A stretch of DNA of 64,000 bases from Octopus sinensis. Lineage: Eukaryota. A program made the position numbers and the translations under genes. The stretch is taken from NCBI RefSeq assembly GCF_006345805.1, contig NC_043006.1:4154001-4218000 (forward strand), in the 5' to 3' direction. The notes under the pieces were generated by a model. It saw only the letters and a list, made by a program, of their open reading frames with translations. It was not told the origin of the DNA and did not search any database. Below, one piece after another: positions 12,890 to 27,659 of the stretch. The stretch's first letter is position 1, and each line of letters starts with the position of its first letter.

Positions 12890-14460
12890 TTCTAATAAAC
12901 CCCAATGTGTCTTCAAATACGTCTTTTCCTCAAAACCTGGGACTTCGGATTTGATCTGAATGTATAATGAGGAGGATAAGAGCGGCGGTGGAGATAAATA
13001 CGGGATGACGTGGCTTTTCAAAATATTTCTGTGACTATTCGGCCTTTCGAAAACTTACCTTTTGTGTCCAAAGATTCGATGCTAGTTTTTGAACAGCTCA
13101 ACGTGTATTTTATTTTGGACTCAAAGCCATAGTCTTCCGCGAAACAGTCACAGAAATGTAAAAATTTGACTAAACTATCCTGTGTTCCTTCCTAGACAAG
13201 GAAAGACGACGTCAATGAACCGTAACCAGAGTGTAGGTTTATGATCATGTAGGGATTTGAATATCTCCATTGATTGCATTTCAAGTTTTGTCATGAAGAC
13301 ATTTGCGAAATTAACCGCCATGGGGTTACTCATGGCGCAGACCTTCATCTGATGGAAGAATTTTTTTTGCCAAACTTCATTGTGTTACTTTGTAACACAA
13401 ATCTTAATATTTTACAGAGAATATTTTAGGGAATTCTTTTCTTTGAGAATTTTTGAAAGGTTTTCATGCATACTTCCACCCCATCGTCGTGATCGATGTT
13501 GGGTTATAAGGAAGAAACATCTATGGCTACCAAAAACCACTACTTCGGTGTTTAGAAAATTCGTTCAATTTGGAAACAAAATGAAAAATATCCCGAATGT
13601 AGGAACTTGATCTTTTAGCGGCTGGGAGTAGAAAGCCATCCAGCCAATCTGAAATATTTGCAGTGCAACATTCATACCCACTGAAAATTGGGCGCAATGG
13701 AGGAAATATTTCGAAATTTTTATGTATTTTTGGAAGACCGTAAAACACAGGCGTTCTTCTTTCTGAACATAATACCGTGTCATTTATGAAGTTCTTTTCC
13801 TCCATTTCCAAAATTATTTTATCAAATTCCTCTCTGTAATTGGGGTTGGGTTCTACAAGTAGTTCTTCATAAGAAGTTTTGTCATTTAAAACTTCTTCAA
13901 AAGCTGAAAGGTACTCGTCCTTGTCCATAATCACAGTAGCACCTCCTTTATCTGCGATTTTAACAGGAATAGAATGGTTGTTTGCTAGGCGACGGAGTGC
14001 GCTACACTGGGAATCCGTAAGGTTATTCTAGCTCTTTTTCTTACAGGTTTTAAGGCTTTCCCTAATTCCTGACAGATAAGATTCGAGAAATTCCAACAGT
14101 GGTTGTGACCGTCCCTCCCGAACTTTATCCGGGTACCAATTTGGATTCTTTAAAATCTAATTATGCCAAATCCGATTATCATTTCTTTCAACGGACATGG
14201 GGTTTTCTGACACCCGTTACCAATTCTTTCAAAAAATATACTAGAAGCTTGTGACGGCGGACAAACTGATATATTCCTTGTGTTAATTTATTTTTGTGAA
14301 AATTCTTAGTACTTGGGCAGAAACTCAGTCCAAGTTCTAAGACAGAAGCATTGATAAATTCCTTACCATCTTATTTTCTAATATGGTTGATGTTCTTGGT
14401 CTAGCGTTTTCCCCAGCATTACTTGCATCAGATTTCTTACTCCGTTTTTTTTTTTTGATG
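12890..14460 (-). mobile_element. Degenerate Penelope-like element, RT domain
   Basis: LELGLSFCP, ADKGGATVIMDKDEY, FYGLPKIHK..PPLRPI, a decayed QxxGxAMG-like motif and LWLRFID; many stops and frameshifts. Confidence 0.85.
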
Positions 14461-15264
14461 GAAATACTCACATAAAACATGGAATCTATTAGGTGTCAAA
14501 AAACGCTGTTGATAATTCAGTGATGGGGTCATAACTTCTACTCGTCTTTGCCGGAGTAACCCATTAGTGGGTGGGTGATAAAAAAGTGTGTGATTTCATT
14601 GGTTTTTGTTGGAATTTGAAACACTTACAGTTTTGGAAAGGAAATAAAAATAAAAATGAAAAAAGAAAAGCCGTTAGAAAACCTATTCTAGCAGCGACTC
14701 CATCTAAGAATATCTGAAGAAGGAATTTTATTCCGAAATATCGTATCAGACTATGGATAACTAAATTGCAACAGGTATATAGCCTATTGTCTGTATTATA
14801 GTGCATTGTTGTACCATTCAAACCTTTTTTATTCTTTACAAACAATACACAATGCTTCAAGCGAACTACAATACTCTCCTAACAAATTTATTGCTCTCAA
14901 GACAAAATTGAAAATGGCTTGACATATTTGATTAATCAATAGACACTCTACTGAAGAGTTTCCAATCACCAGTTCAAATGTGTATGCAAGCGCAAAAAGA
15001 CCACAGTGGTATGGGCCAGCCTTGGGATTAATTATTTCAACTTGTTTAAATTGTAGGTGTTATATTGTTTTGTGGCGAAGAGTAGAGAGTAGTTATCTGT
15101 GCGGTTAGTTCTTCTAAGACAGGTCAATTTAAACTGTCATATACATAGACGTCTCCGAAAAAATTTGTTTAACAAAGTGTTTGTTTTTGTGTGATCTAGG
15201 AACAATGTGCGGTGGGGACAATAAGAAAATAAAAAAAATATGCATGTGAAAAATAGTGGGTTGC

Positions 15265-15499
15265 ACAGGAATACTCTCTCTCTTTTGCTCTTTTACTTGT
15301 TTCAGTCATTTGACTGCGGCAATGCTGGAGCACCGTCTTTAATCGAGCAACACGACCTCGGGACTTATTCTTTTGTAAGCCCAGTACTTATTCTATCGGT
15401 CTCTATTTGCCGAACCGCTAAGTAACGGAAACATAAACACATCAGCATCGGTTGTCAAGCAATGCTAGGGAGATAAACACAGACACACACACACGCATA

Positions 15500-15557
<58 letters not shown>

Positions 15558-15720
15558 CATATATACGACGGGCTTTTTTCAGTTTCCGTCTACCAAATCC
15601 ACTCACAAGGCTTTGGTCGTCCCGAGGCTATCGTAGAAGACACTTGCCCAAGGTGCCACGCAGTGGGACTGAACCCGGAACCATGTGGTTGGTAAACAAG
15701 CTACTTACAGCACAGCCACT
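15265..15720 (-). mobile_element. tRNA-derived SINE, family B (GTGGCTGTGTGGTAAG head) with internal (TA)n
   Basis: Reverse complement of copies at 39010 and 53510. Confidence 0.85.
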
Positions 15721-16270
15721 CCTCAATCTTGCGTCAACAAGTCGGTCGCATATTTCTCCCGAAAGTAAAAAACAACCTCTCAAATTAAACCATTTTAACC
15801 AAATTGTTCCCTATCTTATAGGATCAGCGGAATAGGAAACCTTCAAATTGTTCAGTTTCTTTTGTTTTTGTTTTTTATTCTCAAGAATTCTCATCTTATG
15901 GTCTGTCAGGAGCGGATGGCGGTGTATCGTGCTACTATGGAAATCCTTAGCTCTTCATGTATCAGATATCTTCCTGGATCCGGATGGTAGGGTGGTCATC
16001 CTAGACATGAAAAATCAAAACCTTTCTTGTTGTCGTAGGTGACCCGGGAATGATAAAAAAAAGTACTGACAAATTTTTCATCACATTCCTAGGAAACCAA
16101 CAATCTATGAGACTCAACAAATTCTGTTGACATCAACCGCCCACATTCTCAATATGTTTTTCTTCATTTAATATATACATGTCATAGGTCTCTCGTTCAT
16201 ATTCGTTGGAAGAAGAAATAAAATGCAAATCAATCGGAAAATAATAATAATAATAATAATAATAATGATA

Positions 16271-18847
16271 ATAATAATATTAACTCAAAGGATCCGCCGG
16301 TACGAGAAACGCCAACGCTTCTTTGAACAAAACAAAAAGTTCAACTCCAACCCCAAAAAGTTCTACCAAGAACTGGGCAAAAATAAAATAGAAGTCACTG
16401 CAGCACCAACGGCAGAAGAATTGGAAGAATTCTGGAGAGAAATATGGTCGGCGAACGAACAGCCAAAAAAAAGGAGTATCAAAATAACAAACTTGGCATC
16501 TGAACAACTTTGGACCCCCATAACAACTGAAGAGGTCACCCAGGCACTGCAAAGACTAAGCAACTGGAAGGCACCTGGGCATGACAAGATCCCCAACTTC
16601 TGGTTGAAATATCTAACAGGAATGCACAAAAAGCTGGCTGAAAACTTTAACAACATACTAGCAGAGCCAGAGACAATTCCTGAATGGCTCACGAAGGGGA
16701 AAACCATCTTAATTCCCAAATCAAATGAAACAGCAAAACCAGAAAACTACAGACCAATAACCTGCCTCCCTACTATGTTCAAGACATTTACTGCAGTGAT
16801 ATCGCAAAGGCTGAACAAGCACCTGGACGAAAACAAACTGTTCCCAGAAGAGCAGAAAGGATGCCGCAAAGGCTCATATGGCTGTAAAGATCAACTAATG
16901 ATTAATAAAGCCATAACTGAAGACAGCCACAGAAAGAAGAAAGGCCTCACTATGGCCTGCATTGACTACAAAAAAGGCGTTTGATAGCATCCCCCACACA
17001 TGGATCCTCGAAACACTAGCCATTAACAAAGTAGCACCAACAATCATAAAATTCATAGAGCACTCTATGAATAAATGGCAAACAGTCATACACCTCCAAA
17101 CAAAAGAGGGACTCATGAAAACCAAAGACATCCCCATTAGAAGAGGAATATTTCAGGGAGACACGCTCTCTCCACTCCTTTTCTGCTTAGCACTGTCAAC
17201 TCTATCTGATATACTAAATAGAACTGGATGCGGATATAAATGTTACGGCAAAACGATCAACCACCTTAGATAGATATGAAATTTGGATTAGAAAAATGCG
17301 CCAAAGTAACCATGAAAAGAGGAAAACTAGTTAAGAGTAACAACATCACACTAGATAAAACCAATGAAATAAAAGAATTAGACCAAAGCCAAACTTACAA
17401 ATACTTAGGAATCCATGAACTAGATAAGACACAACACACATAAATGAAAGAGAAAATAAAAAAAGAATATTATAGACGAGTTAGATCAATACTAAAAACA
17501 GAGCTCAATGCTAAAAACAAGATAATAGGTATCAACACTTTAGCTGTCCCAGTTATAAGTTACAGCTACAATATCCTTAACTGGACACGAAATGAACTGT
17601 CCAAAATAGATAGGAAAACAAGAAAAATAATGACAGAATCTAGGATGCAACACCCAAAATCTGACATAGAAAGACTATATATACAACGTATAGAAGGTGG
17701 TAGAGGCCTTATACAGCTGGAAAACTACTATAAAATAACCACCATAGGACTGCAAAAATATCTATTTCAGAAGGAAGGAAAACTGATCCAGATAGCGGCA
17801 AAACACGAGCAAAACAAAAAACTGTTCTCAGTATTTAAGGAAGCTGACAAATACAAACAAGAAATCATACCACCTAATAAACATGAAGAAGAAGAAGAAG
17901 AAGATGAAGAAACAACAAAAGCTATAAAACAAATAAAATCCAAACTAAAAATAGAACAGCAACGAACCATGATAAAACGATGGCAAGAAAAGCCCCTTCA
18001 TGGTAAATACTGCACTAAACTAAAAGCAAAAGAAATAGACAAAGAAAAATCCCAGCAATGGTTGAGAAGCTCAGGACTCAAAGCAGAAACAGAGGGATTT
18101 TTAATTGCAGCACAAGACCAAAGCCTCCCCACCAGAAATTACCAAAAACATGTAATGAAAAGAAATATTACAAGTAACTGCAGAATATGTGGAGATGGAC
18201 AAGAAACAATAAATCATATTATCTCTAGCTGCCCAGTCCTGGCTAAGAAGGAATATATTCACAGACATGACAGAGATGGAACCTATATACATTGGAAGCT
18301 ATGCCAACATTATGGAATAACAACAGAAAAAAGATGGTATAGGCACACACCAGAAAAGGTCACAGAAAACGAGAAAGCAACCATACTCTGGGATATGCCG
18401 ATACACACAGATAGAGAAATTAAGGCCAACAGACCAGATATAGTTGTCAGAGATCATGAAGAAAAAAAATGCTTTCTAATTGATGTATCAATACCGGCAG
18501 ATGACAACGTGTCTCTAAAAGAAATGGAGAAACTCTCAAAATACAAAGACCTGGAAATAGAGGTAACTAGAATGTGGAATCTGAAAACAGAATCAATTCC
18601 TATCATAGTAGGTGCATTAGGCATGATAAAAAAATATTCAGACAAATGCATAACAAAAACACCAGGACTTACAAACACATATAACATACAGAAAATTGTA
18701 CTACTAGGCACTGCACACATCCTACGCAGAACACTTTCCATACAATAACCATCAGAGCATCACAACAAATCACAGCACATACCCAAGGCACACAGAGCTG
18801 CGCTCGGTAGTGAAGTGAAAGCACGCTATAAAAATAAAACTACTGAA
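16271..18847 (+). mobile_element. R4/Dong-clade non-LTR retrotransposon (RT + CCHC + RLE), 5'-truncated, frameshifted
   Basis: WKAPGHD, NYRPITCL, EQKGCRK, GIFQGDTLSPLLF, RLYIQRIEGGRGL, CRICG..ETINHIISSC, RPDIVV..D.S.P.D..K..KY; bounded by (TAA)n on both sides. Confidence 0.9.
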
Positions 18848-18871
18848 TAATAATAATAATAATAATAATAA

Positions 18872-18961
<90 letters not shown>

Positions 18962-19035
18962 GATAATGATAATGATAATGATAATGATAATGATGATGAC
19001 GACGACGATGATGATGATGATAATAATAATAATAA
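18846..19035. repeat. Compound microsatellite (TAA)n(GATAAT)n(GAT/GAC)n(AAT)n
   Basis: Direct reading; the same compound order recurs at about 19548-19667. Confidence 0.95.
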
Positions 19036-19517
19036 TTGTTCTGTCTTGGTATAAAAGATGGGCTACAGCAAATATTCTGCTCAATACCACAGATTTGCTT
19101 ATCAGTTGTTTGACCATAACCAGTTGAGCATGTCCCTTTGTGGCTGACGATATGTGCATCTCTGATCACGAGCAGAAGTAGTGGGGGAGCATCATAGCCA
19201 TGTGTTGAGAGGGATTCTTTGGGGTTTGAATAATTCACCTCTGGAGACATGGGTGGGTTTTTCAACATCCTTAAACAACCCTTATTCAGGGACAGTTTGA
19301 GCGGGATGGGCTACTCAACCTGAAGAAAATTCTAACTGGGCCCCACCTGCAAGGTCATGTGCAGTTTATCTTGATATGAGATCACCATGCAGCGCACATA
19401 TGGTTGTGATGCATGTGCCTGGTGTGCCCTTATCAGACGGGTAGTCATGATGGGTATATTGGGCTTCGTATATTTTACCCCAGTGTCACTTTGATGGCAT
19501 GAACTGCTCTCTCACTC
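19036..19517 (+). mobile_element. Unclassified 480-bp interspersed retro-type repeat with (AAT)n tail
   Basis: Non-coding block with higher GC, ending in CTCTCACTCAATAATAAT and flanked by a duplicated compound microsatellite. Confidence 0.45.
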
Positions 19518-19629
19518 AATAATAATAATAATGATAATGATACTAATAATGATAATGATAATGATTATGATAATGATAATGATAATGATAATGATGATGA
19601 CGACGACGATGATGATGATGATGATGATG

Positions 19630-19668
<39 letters not shown>

Positions 19669-21850
19669 GGAAACATATACGTTTATTGAAGAGAATAACC
19701 TCTTTCCCACTGAACAAAAAGGATGCAGACGAGGTTCATACGGATGCAAAGATCAGCTCCTAATTAATCGCTTGATCCTTGAGAACTGCCATAACAAGCG
19801 CAGAAATCTCAGCTCTTCATGGATTGATTATAAAATAGCCTTTGATAGCATACCACATTCGTGGATTCTGAAATCGCTGGACATTTTCAAAATTTCTCCT
19901 GTGATTTCAGATTTTTTAAAGTATAATATGTCACTATGGAACACGAAGCTCCAATTATATCATTCTAATGGAGTATTGCACTCAAACAACATTAGCATAA
20001 ACTGTGGAATTTTCCAAGGTGACTCATTTTCATCACTAATTTTCTGCATAGCACTAATACCACTCTCAAGTGAACTGAATAGAACAGGATATGGCTACAA
20101 AATTGACAACAGGAAAATAAGCCATCTATTTTATATGGATGACTTAAAGTTATATGGCAAAGATGATGAAGGGTTTGAAGGATTATTACATACTGTGAAA
20201 GGATTCAGTGATGATATCGGGATGGAGTTTGACCTTGAAAAGTGTGCCAAAGCCACTTTTAAGAAAGGGAAATTGGTAAAGTCTAGTTCAATCGAATTAG
20301 ATGTCGAAATAGTAATAAAGGAACTTGAGCAGGAACAAACCTATAAATACCTAGGAATAAATGAAGGCTCTGGTATCCAGCATGCAAGCATGAAAGAGAA
20401 GGTTAGGAAAGAATGTTATTGAAGAATTCGAGTAGTCCTGAAATCTGAGATGAATGCATATAATAAGGTTTTAGCCATAAATTCTTTAGCAGTACCAGTT
20501 GTTCTTTATAGCTTTAATGTGCTTAACTGGAATACCACTGAAATAATGAAAATTGACAGAAAAATCCGCAAGCTACTGACTTGTAACATGAAGCACCATC
20601 CAAAGGCAGACGTGGATCGTCTTTACCTTCCCAGAGCTCAAGGAGGCCGAGGTTTGATACAGCTTGAACTTACATACAAAACCACCACAATCAGACTGGC
20701 CAAATACCTTGAAGCATCCAACGATTGGATGCTAAAACTTGTTGAAAAACATGAAAGACCTAAAAAACTTCACTCTATTCTCAAAGAGAGCAAAAAATTC
20801 GCTGCTGATCTCTTAGATACCCACCAGATTGATCTGGCTGAAGGAAATGCGCCAACTGCAGCTGTAAAGAAAATAAAATTAATTGCAAAGACAAAAGCAC
20901 ATGAAAATTTAGCTAGCAGATGGGAACAGAAACCTCTGCATGGCAGGTATGTGGCCCGTAGCAAACAAGCTGATGTCGACCAGAAACACACGCACCAATG
21001 GTTACGAAGCTCAGGGCTAAAAGCAGAAAGTGAAGGTTTCATATTAGCTGCTCAAGACCAATGCTTATTAACCCGGAACAACCAAGCCAATGGGATAAAA
21101 AATGGAGCTGACCCAAAATGCCGATTCTGTAACGATGAGATTGAAACAATAGACCACCTAATCTCAGGGTGTAGAGTCTTAGCACCTGCAGAATATAAAG
21201 CAAGACATGACAGAGTCGGCCAGTATTTACACTGGTCAATATGTCGGCATTATAAAATCAAAATCGCTGACAAATGGTATAAACATCATCCTGAAGCTGT
21301 GACTGAGGGAGAAAATGTGTCGATTATATGAGACTTCCCCGTGCAGACCGACAGGACTATAAAGCTAATAAACCGGATATTATTATAAAATATCAGACAA
21401 AAAGGATGTGTTTATTAATTGACATGAGTATTCCCTGTGATCACAATATAGCGGCGAAAGAATTTGACAAGATTAGTAAATATAAAGACCTGCTAATAGA
21501 AATTGAAAAAATGTGGCATCTCAAGGCGACTACAGTACCAGTGATTGTAGGATCTCTAGGAATGATAAAAGAGGTACTGAAACCTATTTGAAAATGATTC
21601 CAGGCTTACCATCCCTAGAGGAAGTGCAAAAAATCGTATTAACTGGAACGGCTCATGTACTGAGAAGAGCACTATCGCTGTGAAAATAACATCCATCCAT
21701 GAATTTATTTATTTATTAATTTTTAAATACATATTTTATCTGTGAATTTGCGCGTGTAATCTAGGAATGCATACAATGCCCTTCTCTGCCCTAGGTGTAT
21801 GGAAAACACTCGGCGAGGAACGGAAGAAAATTTGAAGAAAGAGGGAAAAA
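19669..21850 (+). mobile_element. R4/Dong-clade LINE, second subfamily, 5'-truncated
   Basis: GIFQGDS.S.L.F, HLFYMDDLKLY, RLYLPRAQGGRGL, CRFC..ETIDHLISGC, KPDII..KY; premature stop at 20420. Confidence 0.9.
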
Positions 21851-21854
21851 ACAT

Positions 21855-22010
21855 AATATTAATAATAATAATGATATCAATCTCAACAGATGAAAATGTA
21901 TCTCTGAAAGAAACGGACAAACTCTCAAAATATAAAGATCTGGAAATAGAGATAACTCGAATGTGGCGCCTAAAAACAGAAATTATCCCTAGAATCAGGT
22001 ACAATAAAAA
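21855..22010 (+). mobile_element. Short R4/Dong RLE fragment of the first subfamily
   Basis: ISISTDENVSLKETDKLSKYKDLEIEITRMW matches the end of ORF 17444..18748; preceded by (AAT)n. Confidence 0.75.
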
Positions 22011-22042
22011 AAAAAACATGCAGACAAATACATAACCGAATT

Positions 22043-22340
22043 GTTTGTTCCTTCTCGAGCCATGCCTGGCTCATAAGAGCCGGTTTCCCGGTTTACTTGG
22101 CGTATTGGTTCCCCACCTGGACGGGACGCCGGTCCGTCGCAGGTGAGCTGCAAGATGTAGGAGGAAAGAGTGAGAGAAAATTATGGCGAAAGAGTCAGCA
22201 GAAATTCGCCATCACCTTCTGCTGGAGCCGCGTGGAGCTTATGTGTTTCGCTCATAAACACACACATCGCCCGGTCTGAGATTCGACCCGGCGATCCCTC
22301 GACCGCGAGTCTGCTGCTCTAACCACTAGATCATGTGCCT
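22043..22340 (-). mobile_element. tRNA-derived SINE, family C
   Basis: Closely similar to 45420-45700. Confidence 0.85.
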
Positions 22341-22379
22341 CCACACATAACCGAACTACATTTGCTGTTCTCCACTCCA

Positions 22380-22660
22380 AAATCGAGCTTGCCGCGGCAT
22401 TGTTCAGAGAAATTAACCAGATTTGGGTCAACCGTTCGATTAGCATCCGGACGAAGATCTTGCTGTGTCAGAACATTGACCTATCAGTGTCCTGTACTAA
22501 TGAAACGCGGCCTTTGCAAAACTGGCACAAGAACTCTGTCTACATGAAAGAACATATTAGCTTTAATATTAATTGGTTAAACAGGGATAATTACTTCATT
22601 TATGCTGGAATTGCATCCGCTGATTTGTGTCTGCACAAAATTTTGGAATTTCGGGTGTGT
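22380..22660 (+). mobile_element. Degenerate RTE-type LINE fragment (post-RT region)
   Basis: FREINQIWVNRSISIRTKI..NET..L pattern resembles the RTE W.S..IS..TK..YG.ETW motif. Confidence 0.55.
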
Positions 22661-23066
22661 TTAAGAAATACAAACTTTCTATGCATGATACATACTCTCT
22701 CTCTCACTCTCTCTCACTCTCTCACTCTCTCTTACTCTCTCTCTCTCTTTCGCTCTCTCTCTCTCTCTTCACTCCTTCCTTCTCTCTCTCTCTTCCGCTC
22801 TCTCTCTCTTTCTCTCTCTCTCTTTCGCTCTCTCTCTCTCTTTCGCTCTCTCTCTCTCTTTCGCCCCCTCTCTCTCATTCCTCCCTTCTCTCTCTATCTT
22901 TCTCTCTCTGCTTGTGCCTGTACCTTTTCATAACCCTCGCCCCACACATATGTGTGCTCTCATTTATATCTCACCATATCTCTAAATATTTTATTGTTCC
23001 TAAGATAGAAACACTGTGAGAGAGAGAGAGAGAGTGAGTCAGTGTGTGTGTGAGGGAGAGAGAGTG

Positions 23067-23545
23067 TCAGCGTGTATTGGCAACACACAGACCCAGCTCC
23101 TCACACATCTGCAGCAAAAGCATGCCATTACTATTACACTTCCCCACCCCATTCTTTCCAATTACAGTCCATGTGTTAAAAACCTTACCCACTCTAGCAT
23201 TAAAGTTACCCAGTACGATGACTTTGTCTGCCTGAGGGATATTTCTTATAATGCCCTTCAGAGCATGGTAGAAAGAAAGTTTTTCGTCATCAGTAGAGTA
23301 CATTGTTGGAGCATACACACTTACCAAGATCACATAATTTCCTTTAACCAAAGGAATTCTCATGGGCATAAGACGTTCGTTAATCCCTACTGGGAATTCT
23401 TCCAACTTGTCCACAAGAGTAGTCTTAACAGCAAATACCACTCCAGCCTCTACTCTAAACTCTTCATTCCTCCCTTTCCAAAAGAATGTATATTTTCCAC
23501 AAGATTCTGTAAGATGACCATCTCCAGCTAATTTCGTCTCAGATA
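23067..23545 (-). mobile_element. RTE-type LINE apurinic endonuclease fragment
   Basis: IVALSETK, YTFFWKG, AGVVFAV, NERLM..R, SVYAPT, LGNFNARVG, CNSNGMLLL.MC..LGLCVANT. Confidence 0.85.
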
Positions 23546-24274
23546 AAGCAACGATATGCAAAATATACATAAAATATACGATGTAAAATATATAAAAATA
23601 TATATAATGAGCAAGCTATAGAAATATACAATTAGATATTGACTATAACTGAGATTAGATTATTTGTGGGTTTCTTACCTTAAAAATTAATACTTAAAAA
23701 TTAATATTTAGCATTATAATCGATTGTATGACATAATCATAATCGTTAAACTTCTAGTTTGATAATAGAGTTTTTTTATAAGGAAAAATATTATTTTATT
23801 TATTTCTTTAAAAAATATTGTTTAAATATATTTGATTATTTATTTAAATATTATCATTAACCTGAAGATTGACTATAACCATAATTCGAATTATTAATTG
23901 AATTTAAATTATTGTTATTCGAATTAGATTATGGGCATAAAACGATCGTAGTGGTTTTACTTTTTATCTTAAATTAAACTTTTTAATACTCCTTGATAGT
24001 TATATATATTATAAAAAAAGATTAAAATATTAAATTAAATTAAATTAAATTAAATTAAAATAATAATAAATATAAAAATAATAATAATATATATATATAT
24101 ATAAATTTATAAGTATTAATTAATAATTAAAAATATTAAAAGAAATTTTTTAATTTTAACTTTAATTAATTTAAATTTTGAATTTTATATTTATATATTT
24201 TGTATATTATATTAATTAATTTTATTTTGTTTTGGTTTATGTTTTTCACTGTTTGATAGTGGTTTTATCTCTAA

Positions 24275-24319
<45 letters not shown>

Positions 24320-24325
24320 ATATAC

Positions 24326-24385
<60 letters not shown>

Positions 24386-24393
24386 CATATACG

Positions 24394-24458
<65 letters not shown>

Positions 24459-25589
24459 TGTATATATATATATATATGCATGCACACCCACACATAGAGG
24501 CACATGTATAGACATAATAAGAACAGTGTGTACCAGCATAACCACCGTCGCCACCAACAGCAATAACAACATTAAACCTTTTGGCCTAATTCACACTAAC
24601 TTTGTCAATAAAATACAAAACCACAAATTGATGAGAATTTAATGACATAATTTCAAACTAATTAACGACATAAAATATTTATGAAAGATTAATGTATAAC
24701 AAGTTAATAGCGGTAAGATGGCGACCTACTACTAAACAACTGTAGCTATTAATACTAACTCCTATACTATACATTAGATAATGTAGTCCTAGATACACTA
24801 TGCCTGAATAAAAGATTCGATGGTCACAACTGGAATATCTTTTATCATAGGTATGTCTGGATCAAGACTGACCTGGGGCTAAACAACAACTATAGGCACT
24901 AATACTACACATTAGATAATGTAGTCCTAGATACACTAGGCCTGAATAAAAAATGGGATGGTCACAGCTGGAACATCTTTGATCATAGGTCTGCCGGGAT
25001 CATGACTGACCTGGGGTTAAACAACAATTATAGCTACTAATTCACTCTGTCTGAATAAAAGACGTGTTGGTCATGGCTGGAACCTCATTAGTTAGAGAGC
25101 TGCTAGATATGTGATTGATCGTGTCTCTCGCAGACAAACCCGAAAAGAAGAAATAGGAACCGGCCGTAATGCAGCCACACCAAGATGGCTGCCGCTCGAC
25201 TTTGAACAATTTATCAATAGTGGTGAAGCTGTGGCCTTAATGCCTCTCTGCGGGTTGGTCTTATAAAGCATCACGTGTTGCTTGTTATAGTTTATCTTTT
25301 TTCCGTGTCGAAAGATTTAAGCCAAACAAATGAACTCGAGGATTTGCAGATTATTTTTTCAAGATTAGGACTAATCTAACGTTCTCTTTTGCCAAACTAT
25401 TAAGTTGCGAAGACGGAAACAAACCTACTCCGGCTGTCAGGTGATGTGAAGGTTAAAGATACTGAGAAGAATTGGAATGAGCCCTTCTGTCATTGACCAA
25501 AATTGACATTTCATGATTTGACGAATTAATTCGCACTACCCCCCCCCGTTCCCAAATAAATCAACGTGTGAACAAACGAAAATATGTCT

Positions 25590-25990
25590 CTTATTCTTTT
25601 CTACTCGAGGCACAAGGTCTGCAATTTGGGGGGAGGGGGCCAGTTGATTAGATCGACTCCAATACGCAACTGGGACTTAATTTATCGACCCCGAAAGGAT
25701 GAAAGGCAAAGTCGACCTCGGCGGAGTTTGAACTCAGAACGTAAAGACAGATGAAATACCTATTTCTTTACTACCCACAAGGGGCTAAACACAGAAGGGA
25801 CAAACAAGGACAGACAAATGGATTAAGTCGATTATATCAACCCCAGCGCGTAACTGGTACTTATTTAATCGACCCCGAAAGGATAAAAGGCAAAGACGAC
25901 CTCGGCGGTATTTGAACTGAGAACGTAAAGACAGATGAAATACCGTTAAGTGTTTCGTCCGGAGTACCACCGTTTCTGCCAGCTCACTGT
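25590..25990 (-). mobile_element. Family-A SINE, tandem dimer
   Basis: Two cores (GAAAGGCAAAGTCGACCTCGGCGG) about 185 bp apart. Confidence 0.85.
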
Positions 25991-26144
25991 CTAAGTATGT
26001 CGCTTATTGACACGTCAGCAGGTTAATAAACGTGTTCGCTTACACCTTCAATATGCTTAAACATATTTCACTTAAGCCTCCAACGTGACAATAAATCGCC
26101 ATATTTCGCCCAGTCTATCATTTTGTCAATAAACAATATATTTA

Positions 26145-26365
26145 AGGCGGCGAGCTAGCACGCCGGGCGAAATGCGTAGCCGTATTTCTCCTGCCGTTAC
26201 GTTCTGAGTCCAAATTCCACCGAGGTCGGCTTTGCCTTTCATCCTTTCGGGGTCGATTAAATAGGTACCAGTTACGCACTGGGGTCGATATAATCAACTT
26301 AATCCGTTTGTCTGTCCTCTCTGTGTTTGGCCCCTTGTGGGTAGTAAAGAAATAGGTATTTCGTA
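26145..26365 (+). mobile_element. Family-A SINE
   Basis: Head, B-box, core and tail ending AAAGAAATAGGTATTTCG. Confidence 0.85.
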
Positions 26366-26856
26366 CATCTGATATCGAAAATTTATTATTGGAGTGTGCT
26401 TGTGCCTATTGTTGGATTTATTGTTGAAAAAATTGTATTATAGTTTTCTTTCGAATGTTATCTGTGGTTTTCCCCTGTGGGGGAAAACATTAATTGCCGG
26501 CAAGATGCCGAAAAGTGTGTCTTCGTCGGATGATGAATCATCGACTGAGCGAGAAGGAAGGAAAATAGAAAGTTTAATTTTTGACTACGTTTCTGATGTG
26601 TCGGAAAGTGAATTCTCTATTTACCAAAAGTTACGAATACCAAAACACCTGATCTGAGATCGTGTGCTGAAACGAAAACAATTGCAGCGTGGAAGGTGTT
26701 TATAAGCTATTTAAAAACACACAAAAACCGTTAGATTCACTTCAACATTTAAATTTAATTTGCCAAAATATTTTCGTCTCTTTCAGACCGCGACCTGTTC
26801 ACTGATAGAATTCCGTGCAGTGATCAGATCGCGGTCTCAAAGCGACGAATATATTT

Positions 26857-26909
<53 letters not shown>

Positions 26910-27403
26910 TTTAACCAATCAATCAATTAATGTTGTTATCATGCAATGCCTGCGCAAGAAGATTTTTTTTAAGTGAGGAAAGGTTGTGCACTGAGTCAAT
27001 CCCACTCACTAAGCAACAGCAGCCATAATCCGAAAAGAAGAACAAGTCGACATCACCAGTAACCACTGAGCCGCAGGTTTTATGTCGGAGTTATCCCAGT
27101 TACCTGAGTTACCTTCTCCTAGAAGGATGCCCTAACAAAGGCTAGGAGTCCTTCACTCCCAATGGTTTAACCGCGCGATCGGGCATGTGGAAGAGAGTGT
27201 AATTCGGCAGGAGGACTTAAACGACATGCAAAGGTACATGAAGCCCAGTTACAACTACAACCGGCTATTTCCGGTAAAGGTTTTAGTTGCCAATTTTGTA
27301 CAAGACATTGTAGATCTTTAGCTGGGCTAAAAAACGCATTCGATCACAGCACCAGTAACAGTTAAGCTTCGTGCAATGGCCATATTCGATAACGAGGGGG
27401 CAG

Positions 27404-27439
<36 letters not shown>

Positions 27440-27659
27440 CATACATAGATGCATAGTCTGTTATGTCTGGGGAGGGTCGTTTTCTTTTTGTGCCTTATAA
27501 TATAACACACTCACCGGTAAAATTTCCACTTAATCCTTATTTTTATTTTCCTCAAATTTTCGTTACGTCTTGCAACCTTTTCAATAGTCTTGTACACTGC
27601 GTTTCTTTTTGTTTGTTTGTGCGCATGTGTGTGGGTCAGTGTGCGTGTGTGCCTATATA

